Below, piece after piece: positions 1-8,988 of a stretch of 64,000 nt of DNA (positions are counted from its first letter, which is position 1; each line of letters opens with the position of its first letter). Below the pieces are notes generated by a model. That model was not told the origin of the DNA. It made no database searches and saw nothing but the letters and a program-made list of their open reading frames with translations. Both the position numbers and the translations under genes were made by a program. The stretch lies in assembly GCA_035515435.1 (NCBI GenBank), contig DATJBI010000067.1, positions 32,788-96,787 on the forward strand, given 5' to 3'. Source of the DNA: Anaerolineales bacterium (GTDB lineage: Bacteria > Chloroflexota > Anaerolineae > Anaerolineales > Villigracilaceae).

Positions 1-138
1 CAAAGAATCGGCGATGTTCGATTTGCCGGAGCCGTTCGGCCCGACAATCGCGGTGATCCCGCCCGCAAATTCAAACACGGTGCGGGATGCAAAGGTCTTG
101 TATCCGTGGAGTTCGAGGGATTTTAGACGTAATGGCAT
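1..138 (-). CDS. smc: Chromosome segregation protein SMC, N-terminal fragment (runs off left edge)
   Basis: Own minus-strand translation from ATG at 138: [46 protein letters not shown]. Walker A GPNGSGKS in an SMC-type N-terminus. Lies directly downstream of rnc. Confidence 0.8.
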   Translation of the reverse strand, partial: MPLRLKSLELHGYKTFASRTVFEFAGGITAIVGPNGSGKSNIADSL

Positions 139-187
139 TTGTGCAGAAAACTCAGATTATGTTCTTGACCGCCAGACAAAAACCCTG

Positions 188-904
188 TTATTTGGAAAGC
201 CCAAGCGCTTCAAGCGTGGTCTGCGCTGCGATCTGTTCGGCGATCTGTTTGCTCGGTCCCTTGCCTCGGCCATACGCCGCGCCTTTGATGCAGACTTCAA
301 TTTCAAAGACCTTGGCATGGTCCGGCCCGCTCGCAGAGACGGTGATATATTGCGGCGTTCCCAGTCTTTCGGCCTGGGCCCATTCCTGCAGGCGGCTCTT
401 TGGATCATAGATCTCCGCACGCTGAATGACGCGTTCCTTAACGCTATCCAGCAGCGGTTCCATGAATTTTTCAACGGCGAGCACGCCCTGGTCCAGATAG
501 AGTGCGCCGATCACCGCTTCAAAGGTCGAGCCGAGCAGGTTATCCCGGCTGCGCCCGCCCGAGGCAGACTCGCCGCGTCCCATCCGCATCGCCCGCCCCA
601 ACTCCAGGTGACGGGCGAATTCGGCAAGCTGTTCGTTGCGCACCAGGGCGGAACGCGAACGCGTCAACTCACCCTCCTTCATTTCGGGACAATGGTGATA
701 GACCCACGCGCCAACCAAAAATCCCAAGACGGCATCGCCCAGGAACTCCAGCCGTTCATTATCTTCAAGCGCATCGGAATTTTCGTTGAGATACGAACGG
801 TGCGTCAAGGCCCTCGTCAACAGGGAAATGCTTGTGAAGGACAGGCCCAGCCGCGCGGCCAGTTGCATCGGCGACTCGGACACACCATCTGAATTCGAGG
901 CCAC
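188..904 (-). CDS. rnc: Ribonuclease III
   Basis: 238 aa ORF with the RNase III signature NERLEFLGDAVLG and a C-terminal dsRNA-binding-like region. Confidence 0.93.
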   Translation of the reverse strand: MASNSDGVSESPMQLAARLGLSFTSISLLTRALTHRSYLNENSDALEDNERLEFLGDAVLGFLVGAWVYHHCPEMKEGELTRSRSALVRNEQLAEFARHLELGRAMRMGRGESASGGRSRDNLLGSTFEAVIGALYLDQGVLAVEKFMEPLLDSVKERVIQRAEIYDPKSRLQEWAQAERLGTPQYITVSASGPDHAKVFEIEVCIKGAAYGRGKGPSKQIAEQIAAQTTLEALGLSK

Positions 905-1085
905 AGTATCCTCTTCTGAACTCAGGGAGCGCCAAGCCCTACCCAGGCCCGGGCAGGGCCTCGCGGCCCATCAGTTCGATATGATTTGCGCACCGGATTG
1001 TAACCTGAATCGTGACGGCTGGCTACAAGAGCCCGATATTTTAAGATACAATGATCGCTGTAATCCGGAGGAACGCTTGAACAGC

Positions 1086-2012
1086 ATGGTTAGCAATGAA
1101 ACTCGTTTTTTGCACGCGATCGAAATGGGATTGGGCGCTTGGCAGTGGGGAGACCGCTTTGTCTGGCAGTACGGACAAGGCTTTGACGATGAAGACATCC
1201 ATCAGGTGTTTCTCACCTCGATTGCCGAGGGGATCCGCTTCCTGGACACGGCCGAAGTGTATGGTTCGGGACGCTCCGAACGAATGACCGGAAAATTCCT
1301 GAAGGAAACTGATCAACCGGTTCTGGTCGCGACCAAGTTCTTTCCGCTGCCGTGGCGCTTGACGAGTGATTCGGTCCCGGCCGCGCTCAAGCGGAGTCTG
1401 GAACGTCTTCAGATGGAGACCGTGGATCTCTACCAGGTCCACATGCCAAGTCCCCTGTTCAGTCCGGAAACAGCCATGGAAGGCATGATCAAGTGCGTCA
1501 ACCAGGGCTGGACACGAACGGTCGGCGTGTCGAACTACAATCAGTCACAGATGATCCGCGCCTATTCCACCCTTGAGCGCAACAGCATTTCCCTGGCGTC
1601 AAATCAGGTTCACTTTAGCCTGCTCAACCGGGAAGTGGAAAAGAATGGGCTGCTGGCCCGCTGCAAAGAACTCGGCGTGCGGCTGATCGCGTACAGTCCG
1701 CTCGAGATGGGATTGCTGACCGGTAAGTACACTTCGAAGAATCCTCCGCCCGGGAACCGCGGCGGACGCTACGCGAACCTGCTGAACAAGATTGAGCCCC
1801 TGCTCAAGCTGATGAACGAGGTCGGACAGGAACACGGCGGCAAGTCAAACCCGCAAGTAGCCTTGAACTGGGTGATCTGCAAGGGGGCGCTGCCGATCCC
1901 CGGTGCCAAGAAGGCCTCCCAGGCCCTGCAAAATGCCGGGGCGCTCGGCTGGAAGTTAAGCGAAGAAGAAGTTGCCAGGCTGGATGAAGCCAGCGACCGG
2001 GTCCTTCAATGA
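1086..2012 (+). CDS. Aldo/keto reductase family oxidoreductase
   Basis: Track ORF 786..2012. AKR-like sequence starts at internal ATG 1086 (MVSNETRFLHAIEMGLGAWQWGD...FLDTAEVYGSGRSE...). The upstream 100 aa overlap rnc on the other strand. Confidence 0.85.
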   Translation: MVSNETRFLHAIEMGLGAWQWGDRFVWQYGQGFDDEDIHQVFLTSIAEGIRFLDTAEVYGSGRSERMTGKFLKETDQPVLVATKFFPLPWRLTSDSVPAALKRSLERLQMETVDLYQVHMPSPLFSPETAMEGMIKCVNQGWTRTVGVSNYNQSQMIRAYSTLERNSISLASNQVHFSLLNREVEKNGLLARCKELGVRLIAYSPLEMGLLTGKYTSKNPPPGNRGGRYANLLNKIEPLLKLMNEVGQEHGGKSNPQVALNWVICKGALPIPGAKKASQALQNAGALGWKLSEEEVARLDEASDRVLQ

Positions 2013-2047
2013 AGCCGACCGGGGGTTTCTCCATTCCAGATTCTTTA

Positions 2048-2056
2048 TGCTATAAT
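2048..2056 (+). promoter_or_regulatory. Extended -10 promoter element TGcTATAAT
   Basis: Sequence tgcTATAAT at 2048-2056. An A at 2063 lies 7 nt downstream as a possible TSS. The -35 is weak. Confidence 0.4.
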
Positions 2057-2065
2057 ACCCCCACC

Positions 2066-2155
2066 TTGAAGAGCAAACTCAACTTCGCCGGCAACAACCC
2101 TGACAACGACAACGATAATCCCGCGCGGGCCGTTGGGCGAAGCGTTGCAACTTGA
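2066..2155 (+). CDS. Candidate Asn/Asp-rich leader peptide upstream of aspS-asnS (start uncertain: TTG 2066 or ATG 2009 overlapping the AKR stop as ATGA)
   Basis: Own translation: (M/L)KSKLNFAGNNPDNDNDNPARAVGRSVAT*. Codons 2093-2119 are AAC AAC CCT GAC AAC GAC AAC GAT AAT. Stop TGA at 2153-2155. Below the 60 aa cutoff of the ORF track. Confidence 0.45.
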   Translation: MKSKLNFAGNNPDNDNDNPARAVGRSVAT

Positions 2156-2187
2156 TCCATAACTCCGGTCAAACCAATCGCCCGACG
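2083..2187 (+). promoter_or_regulatory. Candidate attenuator: mutually exclusive helices 1:2 and 2:3
   Basis: Segment 1 (2083-2089 CTTCGCC plus 2092-2095 CAAC) pairs with segment 2 (2132-2142 GTTGGGCGAAG). Segment 2 (2131-2140) can instead pair with segment 3 (2178-2187), giving 10 bp including one G-U. Segment 3 is also the 5' arm of the terminator. Confidence 0.5.
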
Positions 2188-2211
2188 CAAAAGCGCAGGG
2201 CGATTTATTTT
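2176..2211 (+). terminator. Intrinsic terminator (segments 3:4 of the candidate attenuator)
   Basis: AATCGCCC (2176-2183) pairs with GGGCGATT (2198-2205). An inner CGC/GCG helix is capped by AAAA, followed by TTTATTTT. Confidence 0.7.
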
Positions 2212-2321
2212 GTATGCACTCTCACCACGGAGCCACCCCGAACAGCAGGGACCGCTTTGTATCCACAAGGAAGAAACACTGCGTGCCGGGCGCCCGGTGG
2301 TGAACATCTCGGAGGCGCAAT

Positions 2322-4091
2322 ATGTACAAAACTCATACGTGTGGGGAACTGCGGCCGGCCCATATCGGCCAGGCGGTGACATTGGCCGGCTGGGTGCATC
2401 GCCGCCGCGACCATGGAGGCGTGGTTTTCCTTGATTTGCGCGACCGGTATGGAATCGTCCAAATCACGATTAATCCGAGTTTATCCCCCGAGACATTGAA
2501 GACTGTCGCGGATATTCGCTTTGAATGGGTGCTGCAGATCGCCGGCACGGTCCAAAAACGGCCGCCAGGCATGGACAACGCCAACATGGCGACCGGGGAA
2601 GTCGAAGTGATCGCCAGCGAGATCAAGGTGCTCAACCCGGCCAAGACGCTGCCGTTCATGGTCAACAACGGCGACACCAATGAGGCCGACGAAAACACGC
2701 GCCTCAAATACCGCTATCTGGACCTGCGCCGCGAACGGATGAGGGAAAACATGATCCTGCGCCACCGCGTGACCAAGTTCATGCGCGATTATCTCGATCA
2801 ACAGGGCTTCATTGAGATCGAAACCCCCATCCTTTTCAAAGCCACCCCGGAGGGGGCGCGCGATTATCTCGTGCCCTCGCGCGTTTATCCGGGCCAGTTC
2901 TATGCCCTGCCCCAGTCGCCGCAACAACTCAAACAATTGCTGATGGTGGCAGGCATGGATCGCTATTTCCAGATTGCGCGCTGCTTCCGCGACGAAGACC
3001 AGCGGGGCGACCGCCAGCCCGAGTTCACGCAGCTCGACCTGGAAATGTCCTTTGTTCAACGCGACGATGTGCTGGCCATGGTCGAGGGCCTTTACAGCGC
3101 GCTGATCCCTGCCGTCACGCCGCACAAGCGCATCCCGGCCTCGCCGTGGCCGAAGCTGTCCTACACGGAAGCCATCGAGAAATACGGATCCGACAAACCC
3201 GACCTGCGCTTCGGGATGGAACTGATCGCGGTCAGCGACCTCTTTGCCGGAAGCGACTTCCGCGTCTTTCAATCGGCACTTGCCGGGGGCGGTGTGATCA
3301 AATGTCTGGTGGCAGGCGGTTGTGCGGAGTACAGCCGCCGCGAGCTGGACGAGCTGACCGAAATTGCGAAGTCGTTCGGAGCCGGGGGCCTGGCCACCTT
3401 GGCCCTGACCGCCGAGGGCCCGAAAGGATCCGCCGCGAAATTTATCAAGCCCCAAGAGATCGAAGCGGTCAAATCGAGGGTCGGTGCGAAACCAGGCGAT
3501 CTCATCCTATTTGCCGCGGATCAACGCGCGGTGGTCAATAAGGCCCTGGGCGGTTTGCGCCTGGCATTTCGCGATCGGCTCAATCTGGCGGATCAGGACG
3601 TGCTGGCCTTCGCCTGGGTCGTGGACTTCCCGATGTTCGAGTGGAACGAGGAAGAAAAGAAATGGGACGCCGCACACCATCCTTTCACGATGCCCAAGCT
3701 GGAAGACCTGGTGAAGTTCGAGACGAACCCCGGCGAGGTTTTCTCGGACGCCTACGACATGGTCTGCAACGGCTTCGAGATGGCGTCGGGTTCGATCCGC
3801 ATTCATCGCCGCGATATTCAATTCAAGATCTTCCAATTGCTCGGTCTGAAAGAGGCAGAAATCCAATTGAAGTTTGGACACATGCTGGAGGCCTTTGAAT
3901 ACGGCGCGCCGCCGCACGGCGGCATGGCCCCGGGCATTGACCGGCTGGTGATGCTGCTGGCGGACGAACCAAACATTCGCGAGGTGATCGCCTTCCCCAA
4001 GAATTCGACCGCCCGGGATGTGATGGCCGATGCGCCATCGTCCGTGGAACCCAAGCAGTTGAAGGAACTGCATATCAAGATCGTGGAATAA
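2322..4091 (+). CDS. aspS: Aspartate--tRNA ligase (bacterial type)
   Basis: 589 aa. N-terminal OB fold (HTCGELR...GWVHRRRDHGGVVFLDLRDRYG), class II motifs (FQIARCFRDEDQRGDRQPEFTQLD, GGMAPGIDRLVMLL). GGAGG SD at 2311-2315. Confidence 0.97.
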   Translation: MYKTHTCGELRPAHIGQAVTLAGWVHRRRDHGGVVFLDLRDRYGIVQITINPSLSPETLKTVADIRFEWVLQIAGTVQKRPPGMDNANMATGEVEVIASEIKVLNPAKTLPFMVNNGDTNEADENTRLKYRYLDLRRERMRENMILRHRVTKFMRDYLDQQGFIEIETPILFKATPEGARDYLVPSRVYPGQFYALPQSPQQLKQLLMVAGMDRYFQIARCFRDEDQRGDRQPEFTQLDLEMSFVQRDDVLAMVEGLYSALIPAVTPHKRIPASPWPKLSYTEAIEKYGSDKPDLRFGMELIAVSDLFAGSDFRVFQSALAGGGVIKCLVAGGCAEYSRRELDELTEIAKSFGAGGLATLALTAEGPKGSAAKFIKPQEIEAVKSRVGAKPGDLILFAADQRAVVNKALGGLRLAFRDRLNLADQDVLAFAWVVDFPMFEWNEEEKKWDAAHHPFTMPKLEDLVKFETNPGEVFSDAYDMVCNGFEMASGSIRIHRRDIQFKIFQLLGLKEAEIQLKFGHMLEAFEYGAPPHGGMAPGIDRLVMLLADEPNIREVIAFPKNSTARDVMADAPSSVEPKQLKELHIKIVE

Positions 4092-4176
4092 CGATATTCG
4101 ATCATTGGGAATCAGGGACCCGGGAGCGCGTTGTCCCGGACAGCCAGGAACGATTTCCGGGGCCCGAGGAGCGCTT

Positions 4177-5517
4177 ATGCCAATCATTCGTGTCGATCAA
4201 ATTTCAAAATACGACGGTCAGGACGTAACCGTTCAAGGCTGGGTCTACAACCGCACCGACAAAGGCAAGCTGGTCTTCCTGCTCGTGCGCGACGGAACCG
4301 GCTTTGCGCAATGCGTCGCCTTCAAGAGAGACCTCGACCCAGGGCTCTTCGATCAGGTGATGCGCCTGCCGCAGGAGTCGGCGGTCATCATCACGGGCCC
4401 CGTCCGAGCCGACAAACGCGCGCCCGGCGTCCCCGGCGGGTACGAGATCGGCGTGAAGAAAATCGAGATCGTGCAGACCGCCGGGGCCGATTACCCGATG
4501 TCGCTCAAGGATCACGGCGTGGACTTCGCGCTGGACAATCGGCACTTGTGGATCCGCATGCCGAGCCAATGGGCGATCCTGCGCGTCCGCGCCACGGTGA
4601 TGGCGGCAACCCGTGAATGGCTGGATACCAACGGCTTTATCGCGATGGACACACCGATCCTGACCCCGGCCGCGGCCGAAGGCACCACGACCCTCTTCGA
4701 GACCGAATACTTCGACGAAGGCAAGGCCTACCTGGCGCAGACCGGCCAACTCTACAACGAAGCCAACATCTTTGCGTTTGGAAAAGTCTATTGCTTTGGC
4801 CCCACCTTCCGCGCCGAGAAATCAAAGACCCGCCGCCATCTGACCGAGTTCTGGATGCTCGAACCGGAAATGGCCTTTTGCGATCTCGACGGGTTGCTGG
4901 AAATCGAAGAGCAGATGATCACGCACATTGTCCAGCGCGTGCTGCGTGACCGCCGGCCCGAACTGCTTTCGCTCGGACGCGATCTGACCAAGCTTGAAAA
5001 TGTCAAAGCGCCATTTCCGCGCATTTCCTATGATGATGCGGCAAAAATGCTGAAGGAGCTCTACGAAAAGGAGAGCGACCCCGAAAAGAAGGACTTGCTC
5101 AAGTTCGATTGGGGCATCGACTTCGGCGCACCGCACGAAACCGCGATCACGAATCAATATGACAAGCCGGTGTTCTGCTACGGCTATCCGACCGCGGTCA
5201 AGGCATTTTACATGGAACCGTGGCCCGGCCGCCCGGAGGTATGCAAGTCGGTGGATCTGCTGGCGCCCGAAGGCTACGGCGAAATCTGCGGCGGCTCGGA
5301 GCGCATCAGCGATCACGACCTGCTGCTGAAGCGCCTCCACGAACAAGGCCTTCCCGAAGACGCCTTCAAGTGGTATCTCGAACTGCGGAAATATGGTTCG
5401 GTTCCGCATTCGGGATTCGGCATGGGCGTGGAACGCGTCACTTCATGGATCTGCGGCATTGAACACATCCGCGAGGCAATTGCATTTCCGAGGACGATCA
5501 AACGAGTGTACCCTTAG
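4177..5517 (+). CDS. asnS: Asparagine--tRNA ligase
   Basis: Track ORF 4105..5517. ATG 4177 is preceded by GAGGAG. MPIIRVDQI...GWVYNRTDKGKLVFLLVRDGTGF, FRAEKSKTRRHLTEFWMLEPEMAF, GFGMGVERV. Confidence 0.95.
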   Translation: MPIIRVDQISKYDGQDVTVQGWVYNRTDKGKLVFLLVRDGTGFAQCVAFKRDLDPGLFDQVMRLPQESAVIITGPVRADKRAPGVPGGYEIGVKKIEIVQTAGADYPMSLKDHGVDFALDNRHLWIRMPSQWAILRVRATVMAATREWLDTNGFIAMDTPILTPAAAEGTTTLFETEYFDEGKAYLAQTGQLYNEANIFAFGKVYCFGPTFRAEKSKTRRHLTEFWMLEPEMAFCDLDGLLEIEEQMITHIVQRVLRDRRPELLSLGRDLTKLENVKAPFPRISYDDAAKMLKELYEKESDPEKKDLLKFDWGIDFGAPHETAITNQYDKPVFCYGYPTAVKAFYMEPWPGRPEVCKSVDLLAPEGYGEICGGSERISDHDLLLKRLHEQGLPEDAFKWYLELRKYGSVPHSGFGMGVERVTSWICGIEHIREAIAFPRTIKRVYP

Positions 5518-5535
5518 GCCCCCTAAACCTGGCAT

Positions 5536-5561
5536 CCTGACAAATGTCAGGTTTGTTTTTT
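5536..5561 (+). terminator. Intrinsic terminator after asnS
   Basis: CCTGAC-aaat-GTCAGG followed by TTTGTTTTTT. Confidence 0.8.
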
Positions 5562-5616
5562 GCCCTGCTGTGATCTACCATGTTGGGAGCGGCCTGCTTC
5601 CCCGAGGAGGTGTACA

Positions 5617-8016
5617 TTGGATCAAAAAAATAATGTCCATGATGATCTTTCGAACGCCGTCGGAGCAGAGGCCGTTGCGGGCCGCGCTGGGAGCGCACGC
5701 CGCAGGGATACAGAACTGCAACAACATGCCCTATATCTGTTCATCGCCCTGGTCGGCATTTTCTTTGGACTTCAAGCGTTGAATCTGGCGGCCAGGGCGC
5801 GGCAACAGGCGGCAGCCGCCCGCGCCGGGGAACTGGCAGTGCAGTCTATTTCAGTTCAAGACACAAATTTCCCACTCGCGATGTTGCTGGGAATAGAAGC
5901 CGACCGAACTGCCGATACCAGTCTGGCGCGAATCGATCTATTGGATAATGTTGCAACTCGTCCGGCGCTCCTCCAATTTCTTGACGGCGATACTTCTGAC
6001 GTAGAAAGCGTGGCCTTCAGCCCGGATGGCAAAACGCTGGCCTGCGCCCATGCGGATGGCACCATCATTTTGTGGGACGTAACCACCCGCAGCCCCATCG
6101 GTCGGCCGCTCGCCGGACATGCCCAGCAGGTCAACAGCGTGGCTTTCAGCCCCGATAGCAAAACGCTCGCCGCCGGAAGCAGCGACGGTACGATCATGCT
6201 GTGGGCCGCGGCCACCGGCCAGCCCATTGGTCAGGTGCTCACCGGACATTCTGAGCAGGTAAACAGTGTGGCTTTCAGCCCGGATGGCAAGACGCTCGCC
6301 TCTGGAAGCAATGACGGCATCGTGGTCTTATGGGATGCGGCCACCCGCCAGCCCATCCATGAGCTGACGGGACTTTATCCTAACGTCAGTAGTGTAGCCT
6401 TCAGCCCGGATGGAGAGACCCTGGCCTCTGCCAGCGGGGACACGATTAACCTCTGGATCGCGCCCAGCCTCCAAGCAAATGGTCAACTGCAAACGGGAGA
6501 TGTCTCTGGAGTTAACAGCATTGCCTTCAGCCCGGACGGAAAATATCTTGTCTCCGGCAACGGCAATGGTACCGTCGATACCTGGAATACCGCCACCCGC
6601 CAGCCCATCATCGGGCGGGCGCTCAACACGGGACAAAGTTCCATTCGAAGCGTAGCCTTGAGCCCGGTCAGCTTAAGACTCGCCACGGGCAGCGCGGACC
6701 ATACGATCACCGTGTGGACCGCGGGGGTTTCCGGCTCCCCCGGCCCAGGGTATGGCACCCTCGCGTGGGTGCCATTGTCCACCCCCAACAGCGTGCTCAT
6801 CACAGGGCATACCCGGCAGGTCAACAGCGTGGCCTTCAGCCCCGATGGAAGAATGCTCGCCTCCGGCAGCAGTGACGGTACCGTCGTCTTGTGGGATATG
6901 CCCACATTGTTTGGGATAAGAGAAATTGAGAACCACCTTGGTCGTCTCATCGAAGATGTTCGTCAAATCTACGAGGGAAATGATTTGATCCATATGACCT
7001 TCAGCCCGGCAACCGGTGATGGGCAAAAGGAGGAGATATGGTGGGATGTGACCACACGCCAGCCCATCGGTCAGTGGGTCAAGCCGAATACGAGTCCGGT
7101 ACCAGCCAGCGTGGCCCTCAGCCCGGATGGCAAAACGCTCGCCTCCAGTGGTTATGACGATACTGTCATCTTGTGGGATGTGGCCACCGGCCAGATGATC
7201 GGTCAACCTCTCACGGGACATACTGGCAGCGTTATCAGTATTGCCTTCAGCCCGGATGGCAGAACGCTCGCCTCCGGCAGCAGCGATGAAACCATCATCT
7301 TATGGGATGTGGCCACCCGTCAACCCATCGGCCAGCCGCTCATGGGTCATAGCAATTTTGTATCCAGCGTAGCCTTCAGCCCGGATGGCAGAACATTAGC
7401 ATCGGGCAGTGAAAATGCCATCATCCTCTGGAATGTGGCCACCCGGGAGATGATCGGTCAGCCTCTCAGGCCTTTTAAGAGTCTGTTGAATTATTATTTT
7501 CCCTCGTGGACGTTCACGGTGACCAGCGTGGCATTCAGCCCGGACGGCAAAATGCTCGCCTCTGCTGCCAACGGCTACGATGCCGTTTTCCTCTGGGATG
7601 TGGCCGCCCGGGAGATGATCGGTCAGCCGCTCTTGGTAGATCCGCCCTATTCCGAGGCGGGCGCCGTGGCATTCAGCCCGGACGGTAAAATGCTCGCATA
7701 TGACAATAATAACGGTACCATCGCGTTGTGGGATGTAGCCACCCGCCAGATGATCGAGCCGCTCGGCTATAATGAGCCGTACTCGTCATTTAGCGGAGAT
7801 TACTGGGTACCCAAAATGGCATTCAGCCCGGACGGCAAAACACTGGTATCCGAAGATTATAACTATATGATTATTCAATGGGATCTGGATCCGGGGTCAT
7901 TGATCGAGGAAACCTGCCAGCGGGTCGGACGCAACTTAACGCAGGCGGAATGGGAACAGTATTTTCCAGATGAACCTTATCGGGTAAGCTGCCCACAATG
8001 GCCGGCCGGGCAGTAA
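5617..8016 (+). CDS. Membrane-anchored WD40-repeat protein (about 14 blades)
   Basis: Track ORF 5560..8016, but 5560 lies inside the asnS terminator. In-frame TTG 5617 follows GAGGAGG. One hydrophobic helix (LYLFIALVGIFFGLQALNLAA), then repeated VAFSPDGKTLASGSxDxTIxLWDV units. Confidence 0.9.
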   Translation: MDQKNNVHDDLSNAVGAEAVAGRAGSARRRDTELQQHALYLFIALVGIFFGLQALNLAARARQQAAAARAGELAVQSISVQDTNFPLAMLLGIEADRTADTSLARIDLLDNVATRPALLQFLDGDTSDVESVAFSPDGKTLACAHADGTIILWDVTTRSPIGRPLAGHAQQVNSVAFSPDSKTLAAGSSDGTIMLWAAATGQPIGQVLTGHSEQVNSVAFSPDGKTLASGSNDGIVVLWDAATRQPIHELTGLYPNVSSVAFSPDGETLASASGDTINLWIAPSLQANGQLQTGDVSGVNSIAFSPDGKYLVSGNGNGTVDTWNTATRQPIIGRALNTGQSSIRSVALSPVSLRLATGSADHTITVWTAGVSGSPGPGYGTLAWVPLSTPNSVLITGHTRQVNSVAFSPDGRMLASGSSDGTVVLWDMPTLFGIREIENHLGRLIEDVRQIYEGNDLIHMTFSPATGDGQKEEIWWDVTTRQPIGQWVKPNTSPVPASVALSPDGKTLASSGYDDTVILWDVATGQMIGQPLTGHTGSVISIAFSPDGRTLASGSSDETIILWDVATRQPIGQPLMGHSNFVSSVAFSPDGRTLASGSENAIILWNVATREMIGQPLRPFKSLLNYYFPSWTFTVTSVAFSPDGKMLASAANGYDAVFLWDVAAREMIGQPLLVDPPYSEAGAVAFSPDGKMLAYDNNNGTIALWDVATRQMIEPLGYNEPYSSFSGDYWVPKMAFSPDGKTLVSEDYNYMIIQWDLDPGSLIEETCQRVGRNLTQAEWEQYFPDEPYRVSCPQWPAGQ
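5995..7895 (+). repeat. Tandem coding repeats (WD40 blades) with nucleotide-level similarity
   Basis: The motif gccttcagcccggatggcaaaacgctcgcctc recurs with few changes about a dozen times. Confidence 0.8.
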
Positions 8017-8026
8017 TCCACGATAA

Positions 8027-8058
8027 AAGTCTCCGAGTTCTCTGGAACTCGGAGACTT
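8027..8058. terminator. Bidirectional hairpin terminator between convergent genes
   Basis: 14 bp perfect stem AAGTCTCCGAGTTC / GAACTCGGAGACTT with loop tctg. A-rich upstream, T-rich downstream. Confidence 0.75.
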
Positions 8059-8061
8059 ATT

Positions 8062-8988
8062 TCAGGAAGGTATCACCAGCACCTGTCCCACCCGAATCAA
8101 GTTTGGATTGGAGATGTTATTGGCCGCGGCGATCGCCTGGACAGTTGTCCCATATTTGACCGCGATTGCATAAAGTGTATCGCCCGGCCGGACGGTGTAG
8201 GTTGGGCGCGCTGCAGGCGGGGGCGGAGCAGCCGGGGGTGGAGGGGCTTGCGGCGCACTTTGAGCGGCAGCGGGCTGCGCCGCAGCCAATGTGACCGCCG
8301 ATGCAAAATTCAGAAGGTCATTGGGAGAGCCGTTGAAGTAGTTGAAATCCAGGAGTTGGGACGGCGAAAATCCAGCCAGTTGCCCCTTCGAGGAATACTG
8401 CCAAAAGATCCATGGCTGAAAGCCTGCGGGTTGTTGAGGCATTCCCGGACCCGGCATCGGCATGGCCGCCGCGCTGCTATATTGCTGATTTGAACCCGGC
8501 AGATACGGATATTGCGCGATCCACAATGGATAGTTGAACAACCACGGCGCATTCACCCCCTGCTGATTCAGGAAAAAGGCGCTGGCATAAATCATCGGTT
8601 TGCGGCCAAACGCGCTTTCCACGGGATCAAGCCATTGTTTGATCATGGCAAGCATGGCCTCACCGGTGGGCAGTGCAACCGGATTCCCGTTCACATAGAC
8701 CTGTTCGAGATCCAGGACGGGCGGAAGTTCACCGCGATCGGCTCCAACCGCCTGAATGAACGCGCTGGCTTGCTGCGCCGCGTTATTGGCTTCCGGATGA
8801 AAGAAATGGTATGCCCCTCGCAACATCCCGACGCTTTTGGAACCCTGCCAATGTTGCGAGAACTTTGAATCAGCAAAAGTGTTTTCCGAAGCTTTGACGA
8901 AAACAAACTTCACGCCCTGACTACCCACGGTATTCCAATCTGGGGTATCCACCCATCCGGAAACATCAATGCCGAATACAGATGCCAT
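8062..8988 (-). CDS. GH25 muramidase (lysozyme) with Pro/Ala linker and C-terminal LysM domain
   Basis: GIDVSGW...[11 protein letters not shown]...GAYHFFHP is GH25-like. The C-terminal [44 protein letters not shown] is LysM. Confidence 0.85.
   Translation of the reverse strand: MASVFGIDVSGWVDTPDWNTVGSQGVKFVFVKASENTFADSKFSQHWQGSKSVGMLRGAYHFFHPEANNAAQQASAFIQAVGADRGELPPVLDLEQVYVNGNPVALPTGEAMLAMIKQWLDPVESAFGRKPMIYASAFFLNQQGVNAPWLFNYPLWIAQYPYLPGSNQQYSSAAAMPMPGPGMPQQPAGFQPWIFWQYSSKGQLAGFSPSQLLDFNYFNGSPNDLLNFASAVTLAAAQPAAAQSAPQAPPPPAAPPPPAARPTYTVRPGDTLYAIAVKYGTTVQAIAAANNISNPNLIRVGQVLVIPS

Noticed and set aside
786-1085. N-terminal extensions of track ORFs (786, 4105, 5560, 19811, 21091, 27069, 33301, 34920, 47105, 51014, 45642, 18570, 16555)
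   Set aside because: The extensions overlap upstream genes or terminators, use non-ATG starts, and precede internal ATGs with SD or leaderless promoters where family-typical N-termini begin.
2040-2321. T-box riboswitch upstream of aspS (Asp/Asn codons GAC/AAC as specifier)
   Set aside because: No match to the conserved T-box sequence (AGGGUGGNACCGCG) upstream of the terminator, and no recognisable Stem I K-turn or distal loop motifs. The repeated N/D codons in one open frame fit a leader peptide better.
2481-3455. Long antisense or overlapping ORFs throughout the track (for example 2481..3455-, 3507..4187-, 13367..14509+, 15503..16621+, 24367..25404+, 29482..30600-, 37567..38766-, 41316..42179-, 44335..45030+)
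   Set aside because: Each lies opposite or out of frame to a gene with clear family motifs. Their translations are Arg/Gly/Pro/Ala-rich low-complexity strings typical of shadow ORFs in GC-rich DNA.
5995-7895. Regularly spaced nucleotide repeats as a possible CRISPR array
   Set aside because: The repeats are in frame within one long ORF and encode WD40 blades. Repeat and spacer lengths are about 126 nt periodic and lack CRISPR repeat/spacer structure.
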